Shown here: in pieces, positions 1 to 9,075 of the stretch
Numbering within the stretch: the first letter of the stretch is position 1
Layout of the letters: the number at the start of each line of letters is the position of its first letter
From: Candidatus Aminicenantes bacterium
GTDB taxonomy: Bacteria; Acidobacteriota; Aminicenantia; Aminicenantales; Aminicenantaceae
Reading direction: 5' to 3'
DNA length: 64,000 nt
Assembly: GCA_011042725.1 (NCBI GenBank)
Contig: DQWD01000185.1
Span: forward strand, 24,832-88,831
The notes under the pieces: generated by a model
What the model was told of the DNA's origin: nothing
Database searches by the model: none
What the model saw: the letters and a program-made list of their open reading frames with translations, nothing else
Program-made: the position numbers and the translations under genes

Positions 1-644
1 CCTATGTTGGCTAAAGCTCTGGCCGCCACTTCATTTCCAGCAAATTCCCCGCCTCCCTCTTTAATTTTATCTAGTACGCTTTGATAATATTGAAGCGCTT
101 TCTCATAATCGCCCATTTCCCGGTAACAATTCCCGAGGTTTATATAAACATGATAAAGAGTGGGGTTCTTGCTTAAGAAGGCCTCAAACTTAGTCACGGC
201 TTCCTGGTAATTGCCCTGGTCGAATAGATTATTTCCTTCTTCAAAGATAGCTAGAGAGGCTTCATCGTCAATGGCCGGAGCCCCCAATGTCCGCGCCTGA
301 ACTTTTTTCAAAGTGAAGTGAACTGGAGGATTATTGCGAGAAAACTGACTGACTCGCATCTCATGATAAACAGGAGCATAACCTTCTTTGGTGGCCGTTA
401 TCCGGAAAAAACCGGTTCCTAAACCAGCAATTGCCCAATTGCCCTTTTCGTCCGACTTGGATTCAAAGGTGGTGTTAAATTCAAGGTGCTGAGCCACAAT
501 CTTGGCTCCTTCAATCGGATTGCCTGCCTCATCTTTAACTGTCCCATGAATACGACCCCGGCCTCTTCCTTGCTGGGCCCAGGCAGAAAGGGAAAAAATA
601 AGCATGGCGGCGATAATAAAGGTGAATAATTTTTTATAATTCAT
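1..644 (-). CDS. Secreted protein with a carboxypeptidase-regulatory-like (CarboxypepD_reg) N-domain followed by TPR repeats. Partial: the C-terminus lies beyond the window start.
   Basis: Reverse-complement translation from an ATG near 644 gives MNYKKLFTFIIAAMLIFSLSAWAQQ (signal peptide), then GTVKDEAGNPIEGAKI (CarboxypepD_reg-like beta-sandwich motif), then TPR-like helices (YQEAVTKFEAFLSKNP.., YINLGNCYREMGDYEKALQYYQ). A GGAGG ribosome-binding site precedes the ATG. The ORF stays open to position 1. Confidence 0.6.
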   Translation of the reverse strand, partial: MNYKKLFTFIIAAMLIFSLSAWAQQGRGRGRIHGTVKDEAGNPIEGAKIVAQHLEFNTTFESKSDEKGNWAIAGLGTGFFRITATKEGYAPVYHEMRVSQFSRNNPPVHFTLKKVQARTLGAPAIDDEASLAIFEEGNNLFDQGNYQEAVTKFEAFLSKNPTLYHVYINLGNCYREMGDYEKALQYYQSVLDKIKEGGGEFAGNEVAARALANI

Positions 645-909
645 TTTATAGCCTCCATTATTTCTTTTCTATTTTATCTTATTAGGCCAGGAAACTCAAT
701 AATGACTGTCTCTTAGCATCTGAAAGCTTTTCCTTCCTGGGAAATCTCTTGTTAATTGAGAGCTCTAGAAGTAACTAGCTTTTGCTCTCATGATCATCTT
801 TTTCTTTCCCCAATTCACGCTGAGACCACCCCACTTTGGCCATATTATCAGGCTCCAAGGGGCAGGCAAAGAGCCCTGCCTTATTGAGGATAAGAAGTTA
901 ATAGCCGAG

Positions 910-1881
910 TTATTTTCTAATATCACACAGAAAATCAAACCGCGGTTGAGGAAAAAGGTCTTCCAAAATAAGCGGAATCGTTGGCGGTGAGTATTTCTCA
1001 ACTTTTAGTTTAAGCCCCAAGTCGTCGAAAATCTGCTGGGCTTTCTCCTTCTCACCCAAGTAAAAATAACAACGGGCCCGGTTCCTTTGGGCATAGATGT
1101 CTTTCGGGTTTTCCTCCACCAAGCTTTCCCAAATAGCCAAGGACTCTTGATACTGCTTGTCATTATAAAGAAGGCACGCCAAATCTTTCCGAGCTAAAAG
1201 GAAATGGTCGGCTAATTCCTCTAAAGATTTCCTTGCTTCTTTTTGACGACCGAGATAATAATCCAGATAAGCCTTCAAAAATGAAACAGTAGCCTCTTTT
1301 TGCGCGGAAGCAAGAAGTGGCTGAATAATTTTTTCTCCTTCCTTGTAATCTTTGAGGAAGCAATTGATTAAGCATAGCTGTCGTCTTGCTTCATCAGGCA
1401 AATACTCCGCCTTTAAAGCTTCTTCAAGATGTTTGCGGGCTCTTTTATAGTCTTTCTTTCTTTTGTCGAGGATACCTAAAGCGTATTTTAGCAGTCCCTT
1501 CCTCTTTTTGGTAAAAACCACCCCGCCCCGCTGAGCTAAGTACATATCTTCCTGCGAAAAGGCTTGGAGGCGTTTACCTGCTTCCAAGGTGCCCCCAGCT
1601 TTTGCCAATTTTTCAGTTTCAAATTCCACCTTTTCCAAGACCTTAAAGGCTTCTTCCTGGTCTCCCAAGAAATAGAGCGCTAATCCCTTATAGAGAAGGC
1701 AATCGTAATTTCGAGGATACCGCTTTAACTTACTTTCAACTAATTTTAAGGCTTCTTCTGCCTGACCTTGTTCCAGGAGACGACAGGCGCGCACCTCTTC
1801 TAAGTAAGCTTGGGGCAAAACAAATTGCGTTCCACTGGCCACTATCAGCAAAAACACGAAAAGAAAATATTTTTTGATCAC
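910..1881 (-). CDS. TPR-repeat protein with an N-terminal signal peptide
   Basis: 323 aa. A hydrophobic N-terminus (MIKKYFLFVFLLIVASG) is followed by repeated 34-residue TPR-like helical units (..EEAFKVLEKV.., ..CYFYLGEKEKAQQIF..). Confidence 0.6.
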   Translation of the reverse strand: MIKKYFLFVFLLIVASGTQFVLPQAYLEEVRACRLLEQGQAEEALKLVESKLKRYPRNYDCLLYKGLALYFLGDQEEAFKVLEKVEFETEKLAKAGGTLEAGKRLQAFSQEDMYLAQRGGVVFTKKRKGLLKYALGILDKRKKDYKRARKHLEEALKAEYLPDEARRQLCLINCFLKDYKEGEKIIQPLLASAQKEATVSFLKAYLDYYLGRQKEARKSLEELADHFLLARKDLACLLYNDKQYQESLAIWESLVEENPKDIYAQRNRARCYFYLGEKEKAQQIFDDLGLKLKVEKYSPPTIPLILEDLFPQPRFDFLCDIRK

Positions 1882-2070
1882 TATAAAACCCCCTCAATAA
1901 TAAAATTTTATCCTCATTAGGATCGCCGCCACCACTAAACAACCATTTCTTAGCTAATCATCTCTTCTTCTTTTTAACTTAAAAATAAGTTAAACAGGTG
2001 AGGCGGTCCTCTTTTTTTACCTCTCTTTTTGTCCCCTCTTTTAACAATTCTAATGGCCTCTCCTGCCCAA

Positions 2071-3066
2071 TTAGAGTTTAAATTCAAGCACTTTGCGCAG
2101 CAGGTCGCCACTTGTTTCTTCTTTCAAAATGGCATAGATTTTTCCTGGTTTCGCCTTAAAAAGTTGGGTTTGCTGCGAAGTAAGGGATAAAGGCATTTCA
2201 ATCTCAAGTTTTTGTCCCCGGAAATTCTTCAATTCCTCCTCGGTGGTAACCACCGGGAATGACTTCTCCTTTTCCCAAACAATTTCACCCTGAGCATTGC
2301 GAATTTCTACTCGCAGGTGAACCGCTGTCCGGAGTTTTCCTTCCTCGTCCTGTTTAAACCAAAATGAGGTATAAGGGATATCGACCAAAATCACCCCTTC
2401 GACAGTAGCATCGTCTTTAATTTTTTTCTTGACCTGCCATTTAAAATCGAATATCCGGGCATCACCCCGAATGGTTTGCTGAAATTGAGATTGGGCCATA
2501 CTTAATTCATGCATATACCTTAAATTAATTGTCCGCAATGGGGTTAAGTCATAAGTCACTAGACGATAGGTGCCGTTGCAGTATTCATCAACAAAAACAA
2601 CTGGAAATCCACCATAATACCAGATTTCTTGACAAGGACCCGCCGGTCCATAGCCCATGGGATAGGTCATCCGCTCCATGGGGGGGCCAAAGAGGATGTA
2701 GATCCGCCCCCTGTCGGTGAGCCATCCGGGGCGGCCTTCGCTGACAAAAAGCTCGTTGGCCTGCTCGATACGGTTGTAATATTCCAGCTTGAACTCATTT
2801 TCTTCAGTGGTTGGATCAGGGTCGCGACGTTTCCAAAATTCTTCGATGAATTCTTTTCGTTCCTCCTTCGGCATATCCAAGAAAAGATGTTCTTCTTGTT
2901 TGGTGATAATATAACGCACCTTAGATAAAAACTCGGCATCCTCGGGATCAAGTTTTTTCTCTAGACGATAATAATGGCAACTATGAATAGTCCCGAGAAC
3001 AAAAAAACCAATTAAAAAAAGGGCCAGCCAGTTTCTTAGCCTCTTGTTTTTAACTTCTTGCATCAT
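2071..3066 (-). CDS. GWxTD-domain protein, short paralog, probable lipoprotein
   Basis: 331 aa. Signal peptide ending in a Cys (..LGTIHSC). Contains EFWKRRDPDPTTEENEFKLEYYNRIEQANELF...GWLTDRGRIYILFGPP, the core GWxTD signature shared with the next gene. Confidence 0.7.
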   Translation of the reverse strand: MMQEVKNKRLRNWLALFLIGFFVLGTIHSCHYYRLEKKLDPEDAEFLSKVRYIITKQEEHLFLDMPKEERKEFIEEFWKRRDPDPTTEENEFKLEYYNRIEQANELFVSEGRPGWLTDRGRIYILFGPPMERMTYPMGYGPAGPCQEIWYYGGFPVVFVDEYCNGTYRLVTYDLTPLRTINLRYMHELSMAQSQFQQTIRGDARIFDFKWQVKKKIKDDATVEGVILVDIPYTSFWFKQDEEGKLRTAVHLRVEIRNAQGEIVWEKEKSFPVVTTEEELKNFRGQKLEIEMPLSLTSQQTQLFKAKPGKIYAILKEETSGDLLRKVLEFKL

Positions 3067-3274
3067 TTCTCCTTAAAGAGAAAAATTAAGAGAGAATGTT
3101 TTCATCTTCTCTCAATTATTCTCTTTTTAATTTTTTACCTTCTTAATATTTCTCTTTTCCAAGACCTATTTTACAAGATAATTCCCTGGAGTTAAGTAAT
3201 TTTCTTGTTTTAACTTTTTTCATTTCCTGCTTCTCTCTTGCCTTTTTTCTCTTCTTCTTATCCCGGAAAAAAGG

Positions 3275-5362
3275 CTACCTTTCCTTGAGGGCTTTAAGTT
3301 TTTTCTCTATTTCGGGTTGATGAGGATTTAACTGCAGTGATTTTTCCCATACCACCCGGGCTTCCTCCTTCCGGTCTAGGGCAAAATAGCAATCCCCAAG
3401 GGCGTTGAGAAGATGGGGATTGGTACCAAAGCGCTCTACCGCCTGGTCATAAACTTCGACAGCTTGGGCCCATTTCCCCAACTTTTGCCAACTCTTCCCC
3501 AGGAGGTCTAAAATTTCGTAAGTCAAATTGGGCTGCTTCAGAAAGGGCGCAAGAAGCGTTGGAACTTGGTCTATCTCTCCCAAATTCCAGTGGGCTTGGG
3601 CCAAGCCAAAAGCATATTCTAGGTTACCAGGACTAGACTGGTAGGCCTGCAAGAGGTGTGATTTTGCTTGCTGGGCCTGACCATTATTGAGATACTGAGT
3701 GCCGATAACATAGTTATAAATTTGGTCATCAAGGCCAGGGAGAAGTTTAGAATAAACCCACGGGCGGGGAATTCCTGACGAATAAGTAATGTCAAATTCA
3801 TCCGCGACCGAAACCATTTCTTGTCCTTGGGAAAGCAAAGCCACCTCGACCACATAATGGGCCGGAACAAAATCCTGAAGTGGAAAGGCCAATATAAAAT
3901 CCTGAAGAGAGCCCCTTAGTGGAGAAGGTTTAAGCTTTTGAGTTTTGACCACTTGATTTTCCTTGATAAACCTGATCTCGATTTCTCCCTGCTCTTGGAA
4001 CTGGGGCGTAAGACCTCCCACCTGAAACCCAAGGTAAAGAGTATCAGACTGGAGAAATACCCGGTTGCCCTGAAAATATAATCGCTTTCCTTGCAGAAAA
4101 AAGGGCCGGAGGCGTCCCTGGGGATCAGTTTTAGCTTGAGCATCATAAGCCAGGAGCAATGGAGATAATTGAACCTGTTGCCCTAGAGGGGGGATAAAGA
4201 TGGTTTTTTCCACCGAAGTAAATTCCTTGGAAATTTCATTTTTCAATAACAACGAGAGTTTGAACTCCCCAGGAATCAAAGGAAACATATCTCTAATGCT
4301 TAAGGGACGGCGACTTATTTCAGACATTTGTTGTTGACTGAACTCTAAATGAATATTTTTTTCAAATTGGTAAACCTGCTGCCCTTTCATATTACTGACT
4401 GTGCCGTTTAGTTTTAGGGTGGTGTAATATTTGTTTTGGTATTGATTAACCGAAAGCTGCTCGGGTTCGATGGCGTAATGGATAAAACTCAACCCTGAAG
4501 GAGTCTGGAAAGCCTTGACCACCGAATCACAATCGATGTAATTGGTGGAATACTCCACTTCTACAATATCTTTATATTCCAGAAATTTACGGGCATATTT
4601 TTCTTCCACTGTTTTCACAGGCGCCATCTCTATTTGCTGCAGAAGCACATCGGAAGACATAGTTGGTCGACCGGCCACGACGGCTCTTTCCCCCGGGATT
4701 AAATTAAGAGATACCTCAGCTAGTTCAGGCTCGAATTCCCGGAGTTGTTCATAAGCGGCCATATAATCTATTGGATCTCCATAGTAAGAAGTAAGCAGCG
4801 CCATGGGGCCATCTTGTAATGGACTATAGAGACGATACTCGCCGGTACCCCCTTCCTGAAAAAAAACCACATAAAAGCCTGGAGGTAAACCCAGATTAGT
4901 CTTGCCCTGATAGAACCAAACCTCGGTGGGATAAACTTGGGTTTTCCCTTCAAAACGAGTAACATCATTCGGCTCGCCTAAAATAATGTAGACCCGCCCC
5001 CGGTCAGTCTTCCAGCCGGGCTTGGGGATACCACGACCAAAGAAATGGTTAGCATAATTTATCCGCCGGTAATGTTCATTCTTAAATTCATTTTCAGGCG
5101 TACTAGGAGTAGGATCACGATGACGCCAGAAGGCCTCGATAAATAAATCTCGCTCCCGGTCAGTCTGAAGCTGGAGAAAAACCTCCTTTTCAACTGGAGT
5201 GATAATATACACCACCTCTTCTTCTAACCATTTTCGATAACGCTCAGATAATTCTTGAGGTTTTAATTTTTGGAAAGACAACACCGAGCTAGCTAATAGA
5301 AAAACAAGCAACCCCAGAAGCAAACTTTTTCTTTTATTCAAAAAAAATCCTCCTTCTTTCAT
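3275..5362 (-). CDS. GWxTD-domain protein, long paralog, with C-terminal TPR repeats
   Basis: 695 aa. Signal peptide. Contains AFWRHRDPTPSTPENEFKNEHYRRINYANHFF...GWKTDRGRVYIILGEPN (GWxTD core). The C-terminal ~150 aa are TPR-like (..AQAHWNLGEIDQ.., ..LGKWAQAVEVYDQAVERF.., ..ALGDCYFALDRKEEARVVWEKSLQLNP). Confidence 0.7.
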   Translation of the reverse strand: MKEGGFFLNKRKSLLLGLLVFLLASSVLSFQKLKPQELSERYRKWLEEEVVYIITPVEKEVFLQLQTDRERDLFIEAFWRHRDPTPSTPENEFKNEHYRRINYANHFFGRGIPKPGWKTDRGRVYIILGEPNDVTRFEGKTQVYPTEVWFYQGKTNLGLPPGFYVVFFQEGGTGEYRLYSPLQDGPMALLTSYYGDPIDYMAAYEQLREFEPELAEVSLNLIPGERAVVAGRPTMSSDVLLQQIEMAPVKTVEEKYARKFLEYKDIVEVEYSTNYIDCDSVVKAFQTPSGLSFIHYAIEPEQLSVNQYQNKYYTTLKLNGTVSNMKGQQVYQFEKNIHLEFSQQQMSEISRRPLSIRDMFPLIPGEFKLSLLLKNEISKEFTSVEKTIFIPPLGQQVQLSPLLLAYDAQAKTDPQGRLRPFFLQGKRLYFQGNRVFLQSDTLYLGFQVGGLTPQFQEQGEIEIRFIKENQVVKTQKLKPSPLRGSLQDFILAFPLQDFVPAHYVVEVALLSQGQEMVSVADEFDITYSSGIPRPWVYSKLLPGLDDQIYNYVIGTQYLNNGQAQQAKSHLLQAYQSSPGNLEYAFGLAQAHWNLGEIDQVPTLLAPFLKQPNLTYEILDLLGKSWQKLGKWAQAVEVYDQAVERFGTNPHLLNALGDCYFALDRKEEARVVWEKSLQLNPHQPEIEKKLKALKER

Positions 5363-5615
5363 AATCTTAGTCTTAGTTCTAATCGTTGTCTTTTAATTAT
5401 ATCTCAATCTCTATTTTTGGAAAAGAAAACACTGACCATCAAATCTTGGCTCTGCTCCGACGGCAAAAAAAAGAACTCCACCTAGCTTAGACATGCTTGG
5501 TTGAATAGAGAAGGATTGAGGATTGACACCTAGCGCTATCCAAGGTAGTCACCTCCGGATTCAGGGCTTTCCTCAGGCCAGGGTATTACGGCTTTCTTTC
5601 CCCAAGGCAACTGGA

Positions 5616-6977
5616 TTAAACAGAGGCGGAAGGCTTGTTCCCCAAAGCCAATTGCTTTAATTCAAGCAATTTGTCAGGAGTAATCTTACTCCAGAGATAA
5701 GGAAAAAGAATTTTATTCTGCAAGAGAGGATCACTGTTTTTTTTAAGTTTGCCAGTTTGAATCAAATGCTCCCATTCGCTTGTGCCGGGCACAGGAGAGA
5801 AAAAGGCCAGGCGAGGCCTCGCCCCCAGCTTTTTCACTTCTAGAATACTCTCCCGGACACTCTCTGCCTCTTGATCGGGTAATCCCACAAGAAGATAAAC
5901 ATTTATCTCCTCCGGCCGATAACCGGCTTTGGTCAGAAAATTCATGGCTGGCGGCAACGCCTCGGGGGAAGATTTCCGAGAACAACGGGCTAGGATGGCT
6001 TCATCAAAGGATTCTTGACTTAAAAAGAGTGAGCGGAATCCAGCTCGATGAAAAAGCAAGGCGATTTCTTCATCAATTTCCCGCACCTGGAGGCCGTTAG
6101 GAGTATGGAAAAAAGCCTTAATCCCGCGTCTTATAATTTCCCGAAGAATGACTTTGATATGGTTATCTTTATTGACCAGCAAGGCATCATCATAAAAAAC
6201 AAAGTGGCGAGGGGCAAACTGGCGATAGCTCATCTCCAAAAACTTGATGACTTCCTCGGCAGGATTCTGCTTGAAATTTGGATTCAACTTCCGACTGGCA
6301 CAAAAAGTACAATGCAAAGGACAGCCCTGGGAAGTCTCCACGGGCAGGACGTCTTTGCTCCTTAAGACAGCGTAATAAGGCCAGTAATAATCATCGGCGG
6401 AAATAGTCAAATCGGAACTATCTCCGCTCCTGCGGCCCAGTATTTCCCAAATGATGGAGAGGGCCTTCTCGGCCGGCCCTTCCACAACTACATCCGCTCC
6501 CGAATGGCGGCGGGCATGTTCGGGAAGCAGGGTGGCATAAATGCCTCCCAGAACTACTGGAACCGAACCAATCTCCTGACGAATTATATCGATGACCGCC
6601 TGAACACCGGGATACCAATAAGTCATCACGCATCCCACCAGCACCAAGTCAGGCAAGGGGAGGCGTCTCAACTCTTGCCGGAAGATTGAAACCGGCAGGC
6701 CGTAACGGGAAAATTTACGAGGAATATCTTTAATGACCTCCGGCTTAGGCACTTCTTCTTTGGGAAAAGGCCCCCGGCCGTCTTCTTTGACTCGGGGAGC
6801 ATGAGGCAAACCCGGATGGCTACGGTCTAAGCAATCGAGGAAATAAACTTCAACTTCCGGGAGGCGGCGCAGAAGCGAAACTAGGTAAAGAAGGCCTAGT
6901 GGCCTTACCCAAAAATCATAAGCAGTAAAATCATAAATCCAGGGATTAATGACTAAGATTTTCTTGTTGTTGGCCAT
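5616..6977 (-). CDS. B12-binding-domain radical SAM protein
   Basis: CxxxCxxC radical-SAM cluster motif (SQGCPLHCTFCASRK). The N-terminal region resembles a cobalamin-binding Rossmann domain (KILVINPWIYDF.., VVLGGIYATLLPEH). The start was trimmed to the internal Met (MANNKKIL), because the longer ORF beginning at 7013 would overlap tRNA-Leu. Confidence 0.75.
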   Translation of the reverse strand: MANNKKILVINPWIYDFTAYDFWVRPLGLLYLVSLLRRLPEVEVYFLDCLDRSHPGLPHAPRVKEDGRGPFPKEEVPKPEVIKDIPRKFSRYGLPVSIFRQELRRLPLPDLVLVGCVMTYWYPGVQAVIDIIRQEIGSVPVVLGGIYATLLPEHARRHSGADVVVEGPAEKALSIIWEILGRRSGDSSDLTISADDYYWPYYAVLRSKDVLPVETSQGCPLHCTFCASRKLNPNFKQNPAEEVIKFLEMSYRQFAPRHFVFYDDALLVNKDNHIKVILREIIRRGIKAFFHTPNGLQVREIDEEIALLFHRAGFRSLFLSQESFDEAILARCSRKSSPEALPPAMNFLTKAGYRPEEINVYLLVGLPDQEAESVRESILEVKKLGARPRLAFFSPVPGTSEWEHLIQTGKLKKNSDPLLQNKILFPYLWSKITPDKLLELKQLALGNKPSASV

Positions 6978-6988
6978 TGAGAAAAAAG

Positions 6989-7073
6989 TGCGGAAGGTGG
7001 GACTCGAACCCACACGGCCGGAACGACCATAAGCTCCTGAGGCTTACGCGTCTACCAATTCCGCCACTTCCGC
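6989..7073 (-). tRNA. tRNA-Leu (anticodon CAG), type II with a long variable arm
   Basis: The reverse complement GCGGAAGTGGCGGAATTGGTAGACGCGTAAGCCTCAGGAGCTTATGGTCGTTCCGGCCGTGTGGGTTCGAGTCCCACCTTCCGCA folds as a cloverleaf: 7-bp acceptor stem, anticodon loop CTCAGGA, long extra arm, and a GGTTCGAGTCC T-loop. CCA is not encoded. Confidence 0.85.
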
Positions 7074-7484
7074 CTTCTATCTGTGGAGGTGATAATTATA
7101 ATTTCAACGCTACCAGATGTAAAGGGGAGAAGACAAGGCTGGTTAAGGGAAAAGGGAAGAACTAAAATTTTGTTATAATTTTCCATCCATTCGATTAACT
7201 ATATCCTCATCAAGGATAGCTACAGGCCCGGGAGATAACATAATGATTTGATGGGCCGCCAAAAGATTATTGGCCATTTCCTATTTTCGTTTCTATGCCT
7301 TAGCTGATGGTATTAGAGAAACGCTCCTTCGCTCTCAGAATGGCTTGGCAAGTTCCACTATAAAAAAATGGTTAATTCTATTATCTCTCAGCATCGACTC
7401 TTCGCTCCTTAAAATTTTTGGAGGAACTCCTGCCTTCCCTGTCAAGTCATTTAAAAATCTTCTATGATGATTTGATTCGCCTTC

Positions 7485-7513
7485 TTGACAATTGACCACT
7501 TTAAACTTATCTT
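7485..7513 (+). promoter_or_regulatory. Candidate sigma70-type promoter for the baeRF-like gene: TTGACA, 17-bp spacer, TATCTT
   Basis: TTGACAATTGACC at 7485, a 17-bp spacer, then a weak -10 TATCTT. A GAGGAGG ribosome-binding site lies 6 nt before the ATG at 7592. The same TTGACAATTGA word precedes hsp20. Confidence 0.3.
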
Positions 7514-7591
7514 AAAAAGGCGTGACATTCTTATTCCTTCCATGTTCATCATTTCTTTTTTCAACAAAAATTTACAATAAGAGGAGGTCAG

Positions 7592-8737
7592 ATGAAACTC
7601 TTAAATCATGCTCAAATCAATGAGCTGGCCAAGTTTAAGAGTCAAAAACACTTTATTACTTCCGCCTACTTAGACACTAATAAAAGTCATCAAACTTATA
7701 AAGAGATAAAATTACGCTTGAAAAATTTACTAAACCGAGCCAAAACCAAGCTCGGGGAGCTTAATTTATCCAAAGAAAAGAAAGAATCTCTCCAGGAAGA
7801 TTTAAGCCAAATAGAAAAATATCTTCACCAAAATTTAAGTTCCTACCATCACCCCGGACTGGCGATTTTTTCTTGCGCCCGAGAAAACTTTTGGGAAGAA
7901 TTTAATTTACCTGAGCCACCTCGCAACCGGATCATCTTTGACCGCAATGCATATGTCCGCCATTTATCAGCTATTCTTGACGAACATAAAAGAATTGGAA
8001 CACTTGTTCTCGACCGGAAAGAAGCCAAGCTATACCAAGTTTTCATGGACGACATTAAATTAATTGAAGAAATTCGAGGCGAAGTTCCTCCCAAGGTAAG
8101 AGAAGGAGGATGGGAAGGGTATGAATCCAAGCGCATCGAGCGCCACATCGAGACCCACCTCCATGACTATTTCAAAATCTGTGCCCAAAAGACATTCAAT
8201 CTTTTTCAAAAAAATCAATTTGAATGGTTTTTCCTCGGATGCAAAGAAGAATATTTGCCTATTATTAAAGAACATCTGCACCCTTATTTGCTCCAGCGAT
8301 TTAAAGGTCAAATTAAAGCTACCCCTAACGATAACGAAGACAAAACCTTCGAAGAAATTAAAAATTTGGAGAAAGAATTAAAAGAAAAAGAAAAGGAACA
8401 ACTGGTAAAGCAGTTAATCTCAGAGATTCAAAAAGATGGCTTAGCCATTACCGGTCTCGATTCAACCCTTGATTATCTGAATCGTTCTGCTGTCCAAAGT
8501 TTGCTGGTTACGCGCTACTATTCTCAGCCGGGATATTCTTGTCCCAAATGTCACTTTCTCTACGCTTCCTACACTACTTGTCCTGGCTGCCAAATTTCCA
8601 CTCAGCCTGTTCTGGATGTCATCGATGAAGCCATAGAAATGGCCTTGGATAAAAATTGTGAAGTTAAACATATTAATCCGCCGACCCAACTTCAAAATTA
8701 TGGCCATATCGGTGCTTTTTTAAGATTTAAGCCCTAG
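7592..8737 (+). CDS. eRF1/Pelota-like protein (bacterial aeRF1-like baeRF family), no GGQ motif, CxxC..CxxC insert in the C-terminal domain
   Basis: 381 aa. The C-terminal region resembles eRF1/aRF1 domain 3 (..AVQSLLVTRYY.. compared with aRF1 AVETLLVSE..; terminal ..NYGHIGAFLRFKP compared with the aRF1 ending ..GGIGAILRY). It contains SCPKCHF...TCPGCQ, a 4-Cys putative zinc ribbon. No GGQ tripeptide is present. A strong ribosome-binding site precedes the ATG. Confidence 0.55.
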   Translation: MKLLNHAQINELAKFKSQKHFITSAYLDTNKSHQTYKEIKLRLKNLLNRAKTKLGELNLSKEKKESLQEDLSQIEKYLHQNLSSYHHPGLAIFSCARENFWEEFNLPEPPRNRIIFDRNAYVRHLSAILDEHKRIGTLVLDRKEAKLYQVFMDDIKLIEEIRGEVPPKVREGGWEGYESKRIERHIETHLHDYFKICAQKTFNLFQKNQFEWFFLGCKEEYLPIIKEHLHPYLLQRFKGQIKATPNDNEDKTFEEIKNLEKELKEKEKEQLVKQLISEIQKDGLAITGLDSTLDYLNRSAVQSLLVTRYYSQPGYSCPKCHFLYASYTTCPGCQISTQPVLDVIDEAIEMALDKNCEVKHINPPTQLQNYGHIGAFLRFKP

Positions 8738-9075
8738 TTGAAAATAATCTTTGCGGCCCTTATAAATTGACCCGTGAAAAAGAGAGGTAAATAATATTTT
8801 TATTCCCAATAAAGTAAATACTTATGATCTTTGGTAGGTAACAGCTTTTCTTGGCTAAATCAATCGATGCCCAAAATCTAGCCTTAATCCCCCTTGTTTC
8901 CACGCAAATGACTGGTGGTGGCTAAACCAGCAAGCTGTTCTAACTTTTCTTGAGCTCATCTTTTTTGGAACGACAGAAACTCCTTGCTCCATTCGATTCC
9001 CCAACAGAACGATCTGTTTGAGTAAAGGAGAAATCAGTTAAGTATAGTTTTATCTCTAAATTCAGCTCTCAGGGG

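Noticed and set aside
765-1001. Small ORFs antisense to, or nested within, larger genes (for example 765..1001, 9131..9331, 16427..16786, 24137..24406, 56250..56677, and others in the ORF track)
   Set aside because: They overlap well-supported genes on the opposite strand, lack ribosome-binding sites, and translate to low-complexity or biased peptides. Treated as non-coding.
1995-2018. Short GAGG-cggt-CCTC hairpin followed by a T-run on the plus strand, downstream of nothing coding on that strand
   Set aside because: The stem is only 4 bp, and the T-run is on the wrong strand to terminate the minus-strand GWxTD gene. Probably a chance feature.
6977-7165. 62-aa ORF on the plus strand overlapping tRNA-Leu, and an N-terminal extension of the radical SAM ORF to 7013
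   Set aside because: Both overlap the tRNA-Leu(CAG) gene. The radical SAM start was moved to the internal Met at 6977, and the 62-aa ORF was discarded.
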